Shown here: in pieces, positions 54,399 through 64,000 of the stretch
Position numbering within the stretch: position 1 is the stretch's first letter
Layout: each line of letters opens with the position of its first letter
Assembly: GCA_963787255.1 (NCBI GenBank)
Contig: CAWBCJ010000010.1
Location: 128,001 to 192,000, forward strand
Direction: 5' to 3'
From: Methanobacteriota archaeon
Lineage (GTDB): Archaea; Methanobacteriota; Methanobacteria; Methanobacteriales; Methanobacteriaceae
DNA: 64,000 bases
The notes under the pieces: model-generated
Told to the model about the DNA's origin: nothing
Database searches by the model: none
Seen by the model: only the letters and a program-made list of their open reading frames with translations
Made by a program: the position numbers and the translations under genes

Positions 54399-55757
54399 AT
54401 GAAGGTTCTTTTAATAAATCCGCCAGATACAGCTTCAAAATATAAATTTATTGGCCTTGTAGCTCCTCCTTTAGGTATAGGTTACATAGCGGCAGTTCTT
54501 GAAGAAAACGACATTGAAGTTAAGATAATAGATGGTTCTGCCCTTGAAATGAGCTGGGAAGAACTAGAAAAAGAAATTTATACTTATTCTCCAAATATAA
54601 TTGGGATTACAGCATTAACGCCAACTATCAATCAAGCTCTAAAAACAGCTAGAATTGCTAAAAACACATGTAATGACGCACTTGTTGTTTTAGGAGGATA
54701 CCATCCAACATTTACTTATGATGAACTTTTAAAAAATGATTTTGTAGATATAGTGGCTTTTGGAGAAGGCGAATACACTATGCTGGAACTTGCAAAGGCA
54801 GTTGAAAATGAAACAGATCTAAAGGAAGTTAAAGGAATAGCTACCAAAGAATTTGTAACTCCTTCAAGACCTATTATAGAGGATTTAGATGAATTACCAT
54901 TTCCAGCAAGACATCTTCTACCCATGGACAAGTATAAAATCATTAACATGAAACTTACAACTGGAACTTTAATTTCTGGAAGAGGATGTCCTCATAAGTG
55001 TTCTTTTTGCTCATCAGCAGCAATGCATGGGCATAAACTAAGAATGAGATCATCTGAAAATATTGTTGATGAAATGGAGCATCTATTGAACGTACATGAT
55101 GCGGAGATGATGGCGTTTATGGATGATACATTTACAATGAATAGAAAAAGAGTTGAAGAAGTGTGCGCAGAGATTAAAGAGAGGGGACTTGATTTTTATT
55201 GGGGATGCACAGCAAGAGCGGATACTTTAAATAAGAATTTATTGGGAAAAATGAAGGATTCAGGATGCATTACTCTATTTTTAGGAGTAGAATCTGCAGA
55301 TCAGCAACGTTTAGATAATTTAAACAAAAGAGTTACTATAGATCGAATAAAAAAGACATTTGAAATTACAAATGAGCTTGATGTTAGAACAATTGCTTCT
55401 GCAGTTCTTGGAATGCCCGGAGACACCAAACAGAGCATTGAAAAAACAATAAATTTCGTTAAAAGCCTTAATCCATCATATGCTGTATTTTCACTTGCCA
55501 CACCATATCCTGGAACTGATTTTTATGTCAACGCGTCCAAACAGAACCTTATTAAAGTTAACGACTGGTCAAAATATACTCTGTTGAGTCCAGTCTTAGA
55601 AACTGTTGATTGTTCCTTAGAAGAACTTAAGAGTCTTCAAAAGCAGGCATTCAGGGATTTTTACCTGCGTCCAAGTTATATAATCCGACAGGCGTGGATG
55701 GATGGTTTTATAATCCTTAAAACTGTTGGTGCAATGATTAAGGATGTTAGTAGATAA
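54399..55757 (+). CDS. B12-binding radical SAM protein
   Basis: PPLGIGY, GGYHPT, RGCPHKCSFC. Confidence 0.92.
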   Translation: MKVLLINPPDTASKYKFIGLVAPPLGIGYIAAVLEENDIEVKIIDGSALEMSWEELEKEIYTYSPNIIGITALTPTINQALKTARIAKNTCNDALVVLGGYHPTFTYDELLKNDFVDIVAFGEGEYTMLELAKAVENETDLKEVKGIATKEFVTPSRPIIEDLDELPFPARHLLPMDKYKIINMKLTTGTLISGRGCPHKCSFCSSAAMHGHKLRMRSSENIVDEMEHLLNVHDAEMMAFMDDTFTMNRKRVEEVCAEIKERGLDFYWGCTARADTLNKNLLGKMKDSGCITLFLGVESADQQRLDNLNKRVTIDRIKKTFEITNELDVRTIASAVLGMPGDTKQSIEKTINFVKSLNPSYAVFSLATPYPGTDFYVNASKQNLIKVNDWSKYTLLSPVLETVDCSLEELKSLQKQAFRDFYLRPSYIIRQAWMDGFIILKTVGAMIKDVSR

Positions 55758-55862
55758 TTAGTATATATTTTTTTTATGTATAGATTCTTTTCACAATTTT
55801 ATGGTCTGTAGATATTCTCATTTTATTTTCCTCAGTACGAAAGGCATATAAAAGCTCATTTT

Positions 55863-55904
55863 TTTTCACAAATAATTCAACTAAAGTATAAATGTTTGTG
55901 AAAA
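55863..55904. promoter_or_regulatory. Inverted repeat TTTTCACAAA...TTTGTGAAAA bracketing a TATA-like box upstream of the sensor kinase
   Basis: Perfect 10-bp arms around AAGTATAAA; extra TTTTCACAA half-site near 55788. Confidence 0.45.
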
Positions 55905-56027
55905 CACTAAAGAAAGTTGAAGAAACGATTAAAAGATTGAAGGGCATATTAAAGAACTTTTTAGGAAATACAAGATAATAATATAAATTATTTTTTATTA
56001 AATAAAAACGAAATGTTGATAAAAAAA

Positions 56028-57206
56028 ATGGAAGAAGAACTTAAAATCCTTATGCTGGAAGACGTCCAGTACGATGCCGAACTGGTAAAATACGAGTTGC
56101 GGCGTGAAGGTATAAAATTTTTATCAGTGAGAGTGGAAACAGAGATTGACTTTGTAAGGGGACTTGAAAACTTTAAACCAGATATAATATTGGTTGATCA
56201 TTCTCTTCCTAATTTTGATGGGATTTCAGCTTTAGAAATAGCTCAAAAAAGATCTCCGGATACACCTTTTATTTTTGTAAGTGGAAAAATAGGGGGCGAA
56301 TTCGCTGTAGAAATGCTAAAAAAAGGTGCTACAGACTACGTCTTTAAAAATAACCTTACAAAATTAGCACCTGCAGTTAAAAGAGCTCTTACAGAACGTA
56401 ATGAACTTGCTGAACTTAAAAAAAGCAAAAAGCAATTACAAAGGGCCCTTAAAGAAAAAGAAATGCTCATAAAAGAAATTCATCATAGAGTCAAAAATAA
56501 TTTGATGATCATATCCAGTTTGCTTGAGCTCCAATCTCATTATATAAATGATGAAAAGGACTTTGATTTCTTCAGGGAAAGTAAAAATCGGGCATATTCA
56601 ATGGCGCTGATACACGAAAGACTTTATCGATCAAATAACCTTAAAGTGATTGATTTTGAAGATTACATCCGCAAACTGGCAGTTGATTTATTTGGTGTTT
56701 ATGCAATTGATCCGGATCAAATAAAGCTCATCTTTAATGTTGAAGATATTGTGCTGGATGTTAATACAGCAATTCCACTGGGTTTAATAATAAATGAATT
56801 ATTAACAAACAGTTTGAAATATGCATTTCCAACGAACGTGAATCGCGGATCAGCAAATGAAAAATTTGCTAATCCCAAGACTGTAGGTCGTGAGTCCGAA
56901 AATGGAAAATTTTCAAGTCTGGTAACTAAGGATTATGGAAATACTGACGGGGCATCAGAAAGTCCAAGTGGGATTAACAATATTACTATAAATTTAATTA
57001 AAAATGATGATGAATTTACATTAATGGTTAAAGATAATGGTATAGGATTCCCTGAAGACGTGGACTTTAAAAATACAGATAGCATGGGATTAGAACTTGT
57101 AAATAGTCTTACAAAACAAATAGATGGCATTATAGAGCTTGATAATGTTGATGGAACTGAATTCAAAATTACTTTTAAAGAATTGGATTATAATGGGAGC
57201 ATTTGA
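56028..57206 (+). CDS. Receiver plus HisKA_2 histidine kinase with an insertion in the HATPase domain
   Basis: ILMLED..ILVDHSLP receiver, EIHHRVKNNL, NELLTNSLKYAF, DNGIG. Confidence 0.92.
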   Translation: MEEELKILMLEDVQYDAELVKYELRREGIKFLSVRVETEIDFVRGLENFKPDIILVDHSLPNFDGISALEIAQKRSPDTPFIFVSGKIGGEFAVEMLKKGATDYVFKNNLTKLAPAVKRALTERNELAELKKSKKQLQRALKEKEMLIKEIHHRVKNNLMIISSLLELQSHYINDEKDFDFFRESKNRAYSMALIHERLYRSNNLKVIDFEDYIRKLAVDLFGVYAIDPDQIKLIFNVEDIVLDVNTAIPLGLIINELLTNSLKYAFPTNVNRGSANEKFANPKTVGRESENGKFSSLVTKDYGNTDGASESPSGINNITINLIKNDDEFTLMVKDNGIGFPEDVDFKNTDSMGLELVNSLTKQIDGIIELDNVDGTEFKITFKELDYNGSI

Positions 57207-57492
57207 TGTCTGGAAGAAAAAATATATATTAATTGTTGATAGATACTGGACATGCTAATTTAAAGAGCTAATGCGTGACTTAATTTTTTTTTTGAGGGAT
57301 ATAGTTTTAAAATGAAAAAAAATGGGTGTATATATGTCTAATTTAAGGTAAATATCGTTTGAAACATTCACTTTCTTATGGTAACAATAAAAAAAAATAT
57401 AATAAATTGCACAGTATTTTTTTTGAGCAAAAAAGGAAAATGGGGATTTCTTTTTTTATTTAATCTGTATTTTAAATAAAATAAAAAGGAAA

Positions 57493-58650
57493 TTAGAAGT
57501 GTGGAGATGCAAGATAAGTATCTGCTACAGCACCGGTTCCTTCTCCAAGGGTTACATCAAATTTAAGGCCTTTTAATGTCATTTCGAGGGCTGAAATTGT
57601 TGTAACAATGTCCTTATATGTAACGTTACCCATGTGTCCTATTCTAAATACATTGCCTTTAAGGTGATCCTGACCGCCTGCAAGTACAATTTTGTATTTA
57701 TCTCTCATTGTGCCTCTCATGTCTTTATCTGAAACTCCTTTAGGCATTTTAATTGCTGTAACTGTTGCAGATGAAACTTCTTTTTGTGCGAATAATTCCA
57801 GACCAATGGCTTGAACACCATTTCTTGTGGCTTCTGCTGCTAAGTGATGTCTTTTAATCCTGCTTTCAAGTCCTTCTTCCATTATCACATTTAAAGCCTC
57901 GCGCATGGCGTACATTAAAGATACAGATGGAGTATATGGAGTTTCTGGTGGTTCGTTATTTCCGTATTTCCGGTATTTCCTCATGTCGAGATAATAAGAG
58001 TTAGAATCCACTTTATCAATTACTTCCCATGCATCGTCACTAACAGTAATTGCAGCAATTCCTGGCGGTGCTGCAAGACATTTTTGTGAACCGGTTACGC
58101 AAATATCAATGTTATAGTCATCTACAGCCACATCGTCCCCTCCAAGGGAAGATACGGTATCTACAACGTATAATGCATCGTAATCTTTTACAATTTTCCC
58201 TACATCTTCTATAGGGTTAGTAACACCAGTTGAAGTTTCGTTGTGCACGATTGTCACGGCTTTAATTTCGTCATCCTCTTCTAAAATGTTTTTAACATCT
58301 TCGGGATTGACTCCTGTTCCCCATTCCACATTATGGACAATTGTTGATCCTTTGTTGGCTTCAGATATCTGTGTAAATCGTTGACCGAATTTTCCACCGA
58401 CAATGTTCAGTATTTTGTCTCCTTTATTTAGAATGTTTCCAACAGCTGCTTCCATAGCTGCTGTTCCAGAACCGGTTATGGTGTAAGATTTGTTTTGGGT
58501 CTGGAATATTTCAGACATCATTTCATTGGTTTCAACTAGAATTTCAGCAAATTCAGCGCTTCTATGGTTTATTATAGCCTCTGACATAGCTTTTAATACA
58601 CGCGGAGCTACTTGAGTAGGTCCTGGTATCATTAACAATGTTTCCTCCAT
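57493..58650 (-). CDS. Class V PLP aminotransferase (serine-pyruvate/aspartate type)
   Basis: LMIPGPT, HNETSTG, DTVSS, GSQK, FRIGHMG. Confidence 0.93.
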   Translation of the reverse strand: MEETLLMIPGPTQVAPRVLKAMSEAIINHRSAEFAEILVETNEMMSEIFQTQNKSYTITGSGTAAMEAAVGNILNKGDKILNIVGGKFGQRFTQISEANKGSTIVHNVEWGTGVNPEDVKNILEEDDEIKAVTIVHNETSTGVTNPIEDVGKIVKDYDALYVVDTVSSLGGDDVAVDDYNIDICVTGSQKCLAAPPGIAAITVSDDAWEVIDKVDSNSYYLDMRKYRKYGNNEPPETPYTPSVSLMYAMREALNVIMEEGLESRIKRHHLAAEATRNGVQAIGLELFAQKEVSSATVTAIKMPKGVSDKDMRGTMRDKYKIVLAGGQDHLKGNVFRIGHMGNVTYKDIVTTISALEMTLKGLKFDVTLGEGTGAVADTYLASPHF

Positions 58651-58724
58651 TTTTAATCCTCCAAATCAAATTAATTAACTTAAACAAGTTTATTTATATA
58701 TATTATATAATATATCTCCTTTAT

Positions 58725-59486
58725 ATGAATTTGAATATATGGTTTTCATGGTATAAAAGAATATTAGATGAATTTTCTTTTAGTAGGGAAGACGACGAAA
58801 AATCAGCAAAAATGCTAGATAATATATTGAACAAACAGGGGAGCTTAAAACCATCTCAAATTGATATAAAAGACAAAATAATTGTTTTTGGGGCGGGGCC
58901 CTCCCTTAAAAGAAATATTAAAGAATTAAAGGAATTAAATTTAGATGATTTCACGTTAATTGCAGCTGATGGAGCTACAACTGCACTTTTAGAGGAAAAT
59001 ATTATTCCAAATATCATTGTTACGGATTTAGACGGTCAAATGGAGGATATAATTAAATCAAATAATGAAGGGGCTATTTTAGTTGTTCATGCACATGGAA
59101 ACAACATTGATAAAATAGAAAAGTATGTTCCTGAACTTCATAGTATTTTGGGAACCACTCAAAGCGTCCCGCTCAAAAATGTTTATAATTTTGGGGGATT
59201 TACCGATGGAGATAGATGTATATTTTTAGCAACTGAGTTGGGGACAAAATTAATTGTTTTAGCGGGAATGGACTTTGGTAAAATCGTTACGAGATATTCA
59301 AGGCCGGATTTATCTAATTTTGAGGATAAAGCAGATAAAATAAAAGAAATGAAGCTTAAATATGCAAAGGCACTCACTGAATGGGCTGGAAAAAATGAAG
59401 AAGTTAAAATATTGAATTTATCTGGTGGAGAAAATTTAAATGGAATTGAAAATATTGGAATTGAAAATATTCTCCACATGAAATAA
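58725..59486 (+). CDS. mptE: 6-hydroxymethyl-7,8-dihydropterin pyrophosphokinase (probably leaderless)
   Basis: GAGPSL, AADGA, VTDLDG, HAHG, GGFTDGDR; TATA TTTATATA about 30 nt before the ATG. Confidence 0.88.
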   Translation: MNLNIWFSWYKRILDEFSFSREDDEKSAKMLDNILNKQGSLKPSQIDIKDKIIVFGAGPSLKRNIKELKELNLDDFTLIAADGATTALLEENIIPNIIVTDLDGQMEDIIKSNNEGAILVVHAHGNNIDKIEKYVPELHSILGTTQSVPLKNVYNFGGFTDGDRCIFLATELGTKLIVLAGMDFGKIVTRYSRPDLSNFEDKADKIKEMKLKYAKALTEWAGKNEEVKILNLSGGENLNGIENIGIENILHMK

Positions 59487-59516
59487 TCATTATTCAATTA
59501 TTTTAGATACTTCTTT

Positions 59517-59798
59517 TTATTTCATTTTCTTATATTTTAGGTCTATATCATCACTTAGTGCTTTTATTCTCTTTTCTAGATCTTTTGTTTCACTTTTAAA
59601 TTCTTCATCACTTTTTTTAGTTGCTAGCTGCATTACAAGCTTTGCAACCTTAAATTGAGTTTCCCCAAGCTTGTTCATAATTTTTCCCATTTCCTGATAC
59701 TTGGCGCCTTGTTCTTGTCCTTTCTCTCCCCATTTTTTATCCCAATGTTGTTTCCAGTATTTTTCCCAATTTCCTTCTTCATGCTTCCATTCTTTCAT
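59517..59798 (-). CDS. Hypothetical protein with Trp-periodic N-terminus and coiled coil
   Basis: SD AGGAGA; 93-aa ORF. Confidence 0.65.
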   Translation of the reverse strand: MKEWKHEEGNWEKYWKQHWDKKWGEKGQEQGAKYQEMGKIMNKLGETQFKVAKLVMQLATKKSDEEFKSETKDLEKRIKALSDDIDLKYKKMK

Positions 59799-59985
59799 AT
59801 TTACGTTCTCCTAAAATGGTTAATAAAATAATTCTAATCATTATTTTTAATATTTTATAATTGTTAATCAGCAATCTATTTAATAATATTTAGTATATTA
59901 TTATTAAAATATTTTAGGAAATTAATTATATATAACGTAAATATAAGTAAATTAAATCTTGAAATTACATTAGGAAATAGATATA

Positions 59986-60315
59986 ATGCAAATAGCTGAA
60001 TCGCTTATTTATTTTATAATTGCAGGGTTGTGTGAAATCGGCGGCGGATACCTTGTATGGCTCTGGCTGCGTGAAGGAGCAAGTATCTGGTTTGGAGTTT
60101 TCGGTGCCGTAATTCTAGTTCTCTATGGAATTATTCCTACACTTCAGCCGGCGAATTTTGGACGAGTATATGCTGCATACGGAGGAGTATTCATAGTAAT
60201 GGCTATAATATGGGGATGGCAAGTAGATAAGATAACTCCAGACAAATTTGATATAATTGGTGGCTTAATTGCTCTTATAGGTGTCTTTGTAATAATGTAT
60301 TGGCCCCGCGGTTAA
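59986..60315 (+). CDS. ynfA: YnfA (UPF0060) membrane protein
   Basis: [23 protein letters not shown]. Confidence 0.93.
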   Translation: MQIAESLIYFIIAGLCEIGGGYLVWLWLREGASIWFGVFGAVILVLYGIIPTLQPANFGRVYAAYGGVFIVMAIIWGWQVDKITPDKFDIIGGLIALIGVFVIMYWPRG

Positions 60316-60561
60316 TCATTAAAACTACATTATTTTTCATTAAAATAGGAGCGGAACACGCTCAAAAAATAGAAAATAAACTCTAAAAAGTTTTTTTATC
60401 TAAAATATTCATTTTAATTTTTTTTTATCCATATACCTTTAAGCTTATTAATATATTTTAAATAGAGGAGTGGATACGATTATTATATATAGCCGTTTAT
60501 CGTAATTTCTTATAGATATTAAAAATAACTCTACTACATATGGATTTTTTAGGTAAAAAAT

Positions 60562-61686
60562 ATGGACATTGATGATCTTCTGCTTTACGATGAAACTCTG
60601 TTTAAAAATATAGATGCATTTAATCCAGATTACATTCCCGAAAATTTCATGCATCGAAAATCACAGATAGAAGCGCTTGCACTCAGCATTCGCCCTGCTT
60701 TAAGAAACGGAAGACCTGTTAATGCAGTTGTATTGGGTTCATGTGCTACAGGAAAAACAACAGCCATTAAAAAAATATTTGAAATGGTTGAGAGAGCTTC
60801 AGATAAGGTTGTTTGTGTTTATATAAACTGCCAGATACATACAACCAGATTCGGGATTTTTTCGCAGATTTATCAAAAATTATTCGGCCACACGCCGCCG
60901 GAAACAGGAGTTCCCTTTTCAAGAATTTATCAAAACATCATGCAGAATCTTTCAAACGAAAAAAAGTCGCTCATTGTAGCATTGGACGATATTAATTACT
61001 TATTTTACAGTAAAAATGCTAATAAGATATTTTATGATATTTTACGTGCTCACGAAGCATTTGAAGGAATCAGAACAGGAGTATTTGCCATATTATCAGA
61101 CATTGAATTCAGATTTATCCTTGATAAGAATGTTAATTCCATATTCATCCCTCAAGAGATAATATTTAATCCATATAACAAAGAAGAAATGCGGGATATC
61201 TTAAAGGAAAGATCAAAAATTGGATTTTATGCAGATGTGATTTCTGAAGGATTAATAGATGAAATAGCTGAATATGCATCATCCAGCGGCGATCTAAGAG
61301 TGGGAATTGATCTGCTTAGAATAAGCGGAAACCTTGCTGAAGCTGACGCTTCAAAAACTATAGAAAAAAAGCACATAGATGAGGCACTGAAAAGCACAGG
61401 TTCTATAAATCTAACTTATACTTTAAAATCATTGTCTGATGAGGAAATAGCTTTGCTGGATATTATAAGACTATCCAAAACAGATTTAACTGCGGGTGAT
61501 CTCTATGAAGAATTCAGCAAAAGGACAAGATCAAGCTACGCTTCTTTTAACCGTATTTTAAATAAAATTGAATTTTTAAGGCTTATCGATACTAGATTCA
61601 CTGGAAAAGGCGTTAAAGGTAATTCAAGAGTAATAATACTCAGATTTGAACCAGAAGAAATAAAAAAGTGCATGAATCCACTTTAA
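60562..61686 (+). CDS. cdc6: Orc1/Cdc6 replication initiator paralog
   Basis: YIPENFMHR, GSCATGKT Walker A, LDDIN, GDLR, C-terminal winged helix. Confidence 0.93.
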   Translation: MDIDDLLLYDETLFKNIDAFNPDYIPENFMHRKSQIEALALSIRPALRNGRPVNAVVLGSCATGKTTAIKKIFEMVERASDKVVCVYINCQIHTTRFGIFSQIYQKLFGHTPPETGVPFSRIYQNIMQNLSNEKKSLIVALDDINYLFYSKNANKIFYDILRAHEAFEGIRTGVFAILSDIEFRFILDKNVNSIFIPQEIIFNPYNKEEMRDILKERSKIGFYADVISEGLIDEIAEYASSSGDLRVGIDLLRISGNLAEADASKTIEKKHIDEALKSTGSINLTYTLKSLSDEEIALLDIIRLSKTDLTAGDLYEEFSKRTRSSYASFNRILNKIEFLRLIDTRFTGKGVKGNSRVIILRFEPEEIKKCMNPL

Positions 61687-61859
61687 ATACCTGCAAACAT
61701 GTTGGAATTAGGATAAGCAGCCACGCAAAGAACGCTTATTATCAAAATCATTACAATCATTCCTATTAAAGCTAATGATTGTAGATTAAACTGCTCTAAA
61801 TTCATAAAACTTTTTCTTCTTCTTAAATCAACTGAAACACTTCGACTATTTTTCAACAT
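61683..61859 (-). CDS. Small single-pass membrane protein (58 aa), not in ORF track
   Basis: SD AGGAGTGG; MLKNSRSVSVDLRRRKSFMNLEQFNLQSLALIGMIVMILIISVLCVAAYPNSNMFAGI; stop overlaps the cdc6 stop. Confidence 0.6.
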   Translation of the reverse strand: MLKNSRSVSVDLRRRKSFMNLEQFNLQSLALIGMIVMILIISVLCVAAYPNSNMFAGI

Positions 61860-62036
61860 TTAACCACTCCTTTTATAGTATCCTCTTTGTAGGGTTATTT
61901 AAAGAAAGAGATAGAGAGCACGTGAAAAGTAATCAAAAAAGGTAAAATGATTTCCAAAAATTTATATCAACTTAATAACATAAATGTTCAATATATTATC
62001 ATAAATTTGATTTTTTTGTTTATGGGGGAATCACTA

Positions 62037-64000
62037 ATGCCTGAAACCAGTGAAGTTGAGCTTAGAGTTGCAGAAGCGTTGCAGCAGGATGTTGGAAAGG
62101 GAATTATAAGGATGGATAGAGAATTACTTTCTAAAATAGGTATTGCACCTGGAGAAATTGTTGAAATAATAGGTAAAAGAACCACCGGTGCAATAGTTGG
62201 TCAAGCATACCCTGCAGATATTGGACTTGAAATTGTAAGGATGGATGGCCTTACAAGATCTAACGCAGGAACATCTATAGGTGAAATGATAACTATAAGA
62301 CATACAGAAATTAGAGCGGCCAAAAAAGTTGTATTAGCCCCTGCAACCAAAGGCCTTAGAATAATGGCTTCAGGCGACATTATTAAAAGAAATATACTGG
62401 GTAGACCAGTATCTAGAGGTGATGTATTATCTTTAATTTCCCCAAGAAGGACAAGAGAAACGTTTAAGGAGTTTCCAGCAAGCGAAAAAATTTTCAGAGA
62501 ATTTTTTGAATCCACAACTCCCTTTTCCCTTGGAGAAATAAAATTTGCAATAGTATCCACAAATCCGGCAGGCATTGTAAGAATAAATGACGAAACCGAG
62601 GTTGAAGTCAGGCCAGAATCAGTGGAAATAATTGAAAAAAAGGTTCCAGACGTTACATACGATGACGTGGGAGGCTTAAAACAGGAAATATCAAAAGTAA
62701 GGGAAATGATAGAGCTTCCTTTACGTCATCCTGAGATATTTGATAGATTAGGAATTGATCCACCTCGTGGTGTGCTTTTACATGGTGCTCCAGGTACTGG
62801 AAAAACTCTTCTAGCTAAGGCAGTGGCTAATGAAAGTGGTTCAAACTTCGTGGCCATTAACGGTCCTGAAGTCATGAGTAAATATGTTGGTGAGGCTGAA
62901 AAGAAAATCAGGGATCTTTTTAAAGAAGCTGAAGAAAATGCACCTACTGTGATATTTATAGATGAAATTGATGCTATTGCACCTAAACGTGAGGAAGTTA
63001 CAGGGGAAGTTGAGCGGAGAGTTGTAGCACAGATACTTGCACTTATGGATGGATTAAAAGAAAGAGGAAAAGTAATAGTAATAGGTGCAACTAACCGTCC
63101 AGATGCGCTTGACCAAGCATTACGACGTCCTGGAAGATTTGACAGGGAAATTGAGCTTAGAGTACCGGATAGAGAAGGTAGATATGAAATATTACAAATT
63201 CACACTCGTGGAATGCCTTTAAAAGATGACGTGGATATAGAAGAAATTGCAGATATTACACACGGTTTTGTTGGTGCAGATCTGGCAGCTTTAAGCCGTG
63301 AATCAGCAATGATTGCTTTAAGAAGAATACTTCCAGAATTAGACCTTGAAGAACAGACTATTCCTCCAGAAGTTTTGGATAAATTGTTTGTTGCAAATGA
63401 CGATTTTATGGAAGCATTAAAATCAATTAATCCATCTGCACTGCGTGAAGTGTTTATAGAAGTTCCAAATATTCATTGGGAAGATATAGGTGGCTTAAAA
63501 GAGTTAAAGGAAACTTTAAAAGAGGCTGTGGAATGGCCTTTAACTCATTCTGAAGATTTCAGACGAATTGGAATACAGCCCTCTAAGGGAGTTCTCTTAT
63601 TTGGACCTCCGGGAACAGGTAAAACCATGCTCTCTAAGGCAGTGGCAACAGAATCAAAGGCCAATTTTATTTCGGTTAAAGGTTCAGAGATTTTAAGCAA
63701 ATGGTTTGGGGAGTCTGAAAGAAAAATAGCAGAAATATTTAAAAAAGCAAAACAAGCATCTCCATGTATAATATTTTTCGACGAAATAGATGCCATAGCC
63801 CCAATGCGAGGTTCTGGGGTGGGAGAACCGCGAGTGGTTGAAAGAATGGTAAACACAATTCTTTCAGAAATGGATGGTTTAGAAGAATTAAGAGGTGTTG
63901 TAGTAATAGGTGCTACAAACAGGCCAGATTTAATTGATGCCGCATTATTACGCCCTGGAAGGTTTGATGAAGTTGTATTAGTTTCTCCTCCAGATGAGAA
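62037..64000 (+). CDS. cdc48: CDC48/VCP (VAT) AAA+ ATPase (3' partial)
   Basis: N-domain [16 protein letters not shown]1 GAPGTGKT, D2 [14 protein letters not shown]; runs off the window. Confidence 0.96.
   Translation, partial: MPETSEVELRVAEALQQDVGKGIIRMDRELLSKIGIAPGEIVEIIGKRTTGAIVGQAYPADIGLEIVRMDGLTRSNAGTSIGEMITIRHTEIRAAKKVVLAPATKGLRIMASGDIIKRNILGRPVSRGDVLSLISPRRTRETFKEFPASEKIFREFFESTTPFSLGEIKFAIVSTNPAGIVRINDETEVEVRPESVEIIEKKVPDVTYDDVGGLKQEISKVREMIELPLRHPEIFDRLGIDPPRGVLLHGAPGTGKTLLAKAVANESGSNFVAINGPEVMSKYVGEAEKKIRDLFKEAEENAPTVIFIDEIDAIAPKREEVTGEVERRVVAQILALMDGLKERGKVIVIGATNRPDALDQALRRPGRFDREIELRVPDREGRYEILQIHTRGMPLKDDVDIEEIADITHGFVGADLAALSRESAMIALRRILPELDLEEQTIPPEVLDKLFVANDDFMEALKSINPSALREVFIEVPNIHWEDIGGLKELKETLKEAVEWPLTHSEDFRRIGIQPSKGVLLFGPPGTGKTMLSKAVATESKANFISVKGSEILSKWFGESERKIAEIFKKAKQASPCIIFFDEIDAIAPMRGSGVGEPRVVERMVNTILSEMDGLEELRGVVVIGATNRPDLIDAALLRPGRFDEVVLVSPPDE

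Noticed and set aside
55905-55980. LKKVEETIKR fragment resembling a PAS-linker coil upstream of the kinase
   Set aside because: Too short and low-complexity to call a pseudogene
60316-60561. Replication origin upstream of cdc6
   Set aside because: No repeated ORB or mini-ORB-like motifs are visible and the spacer is short; this looks like the non-origin Cdc6 paralog

Overview
AT-rich chromosomal window from a pseudomurein-walled methanogen (Methanobacteriales, most consistent with Methanobacterium; inferred from pseudomurein-binding repeats and gene order). It is mostly core genes: tyrS-nmd3-aIF2beta-mcm, rrmJ, topA, aglB, DRG GTPase-thi4-AK6, the rnp4-yhbY-rps19e-rpl39e-rpl31e-aIF6-rplX-pfdA-ftsY operon, DGGGP synthase, acs, ilvB, an Orc1/Cdc6 paralog and a partial cdc48. 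These are mixed with accessory genes for surface proteins, tandem UbiA prenyltransferases, transporters and a sensor kinase. I found no rRNA, tRNA, CRISPR array or transposase. The best unexplained signals are: (1) a 71-nt structured motif with a compensatory base-pair change, present both upstream and downstream of the cold-shock-type TRAM gene; (2) an unannotated 30-aa Lys/Arg-rich ORF with a strong SD after the ribosomal/ftsY operon; (3) a GC-rich ~130-nt ncRNA candidate before rnp4; (4) a REP-like multi-hairpin element, one copy apparently inserted in frame in a histidine kinase; (5) several probable ATT/ATA starts; (6) a pseudomurein-binding protein with an M14-like zinc peptidase domain. 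Five single-base indels cluster at 42.6-46.6 kb and may be assembly errors. All family calls are from motif recognition by eye, with no database searches.
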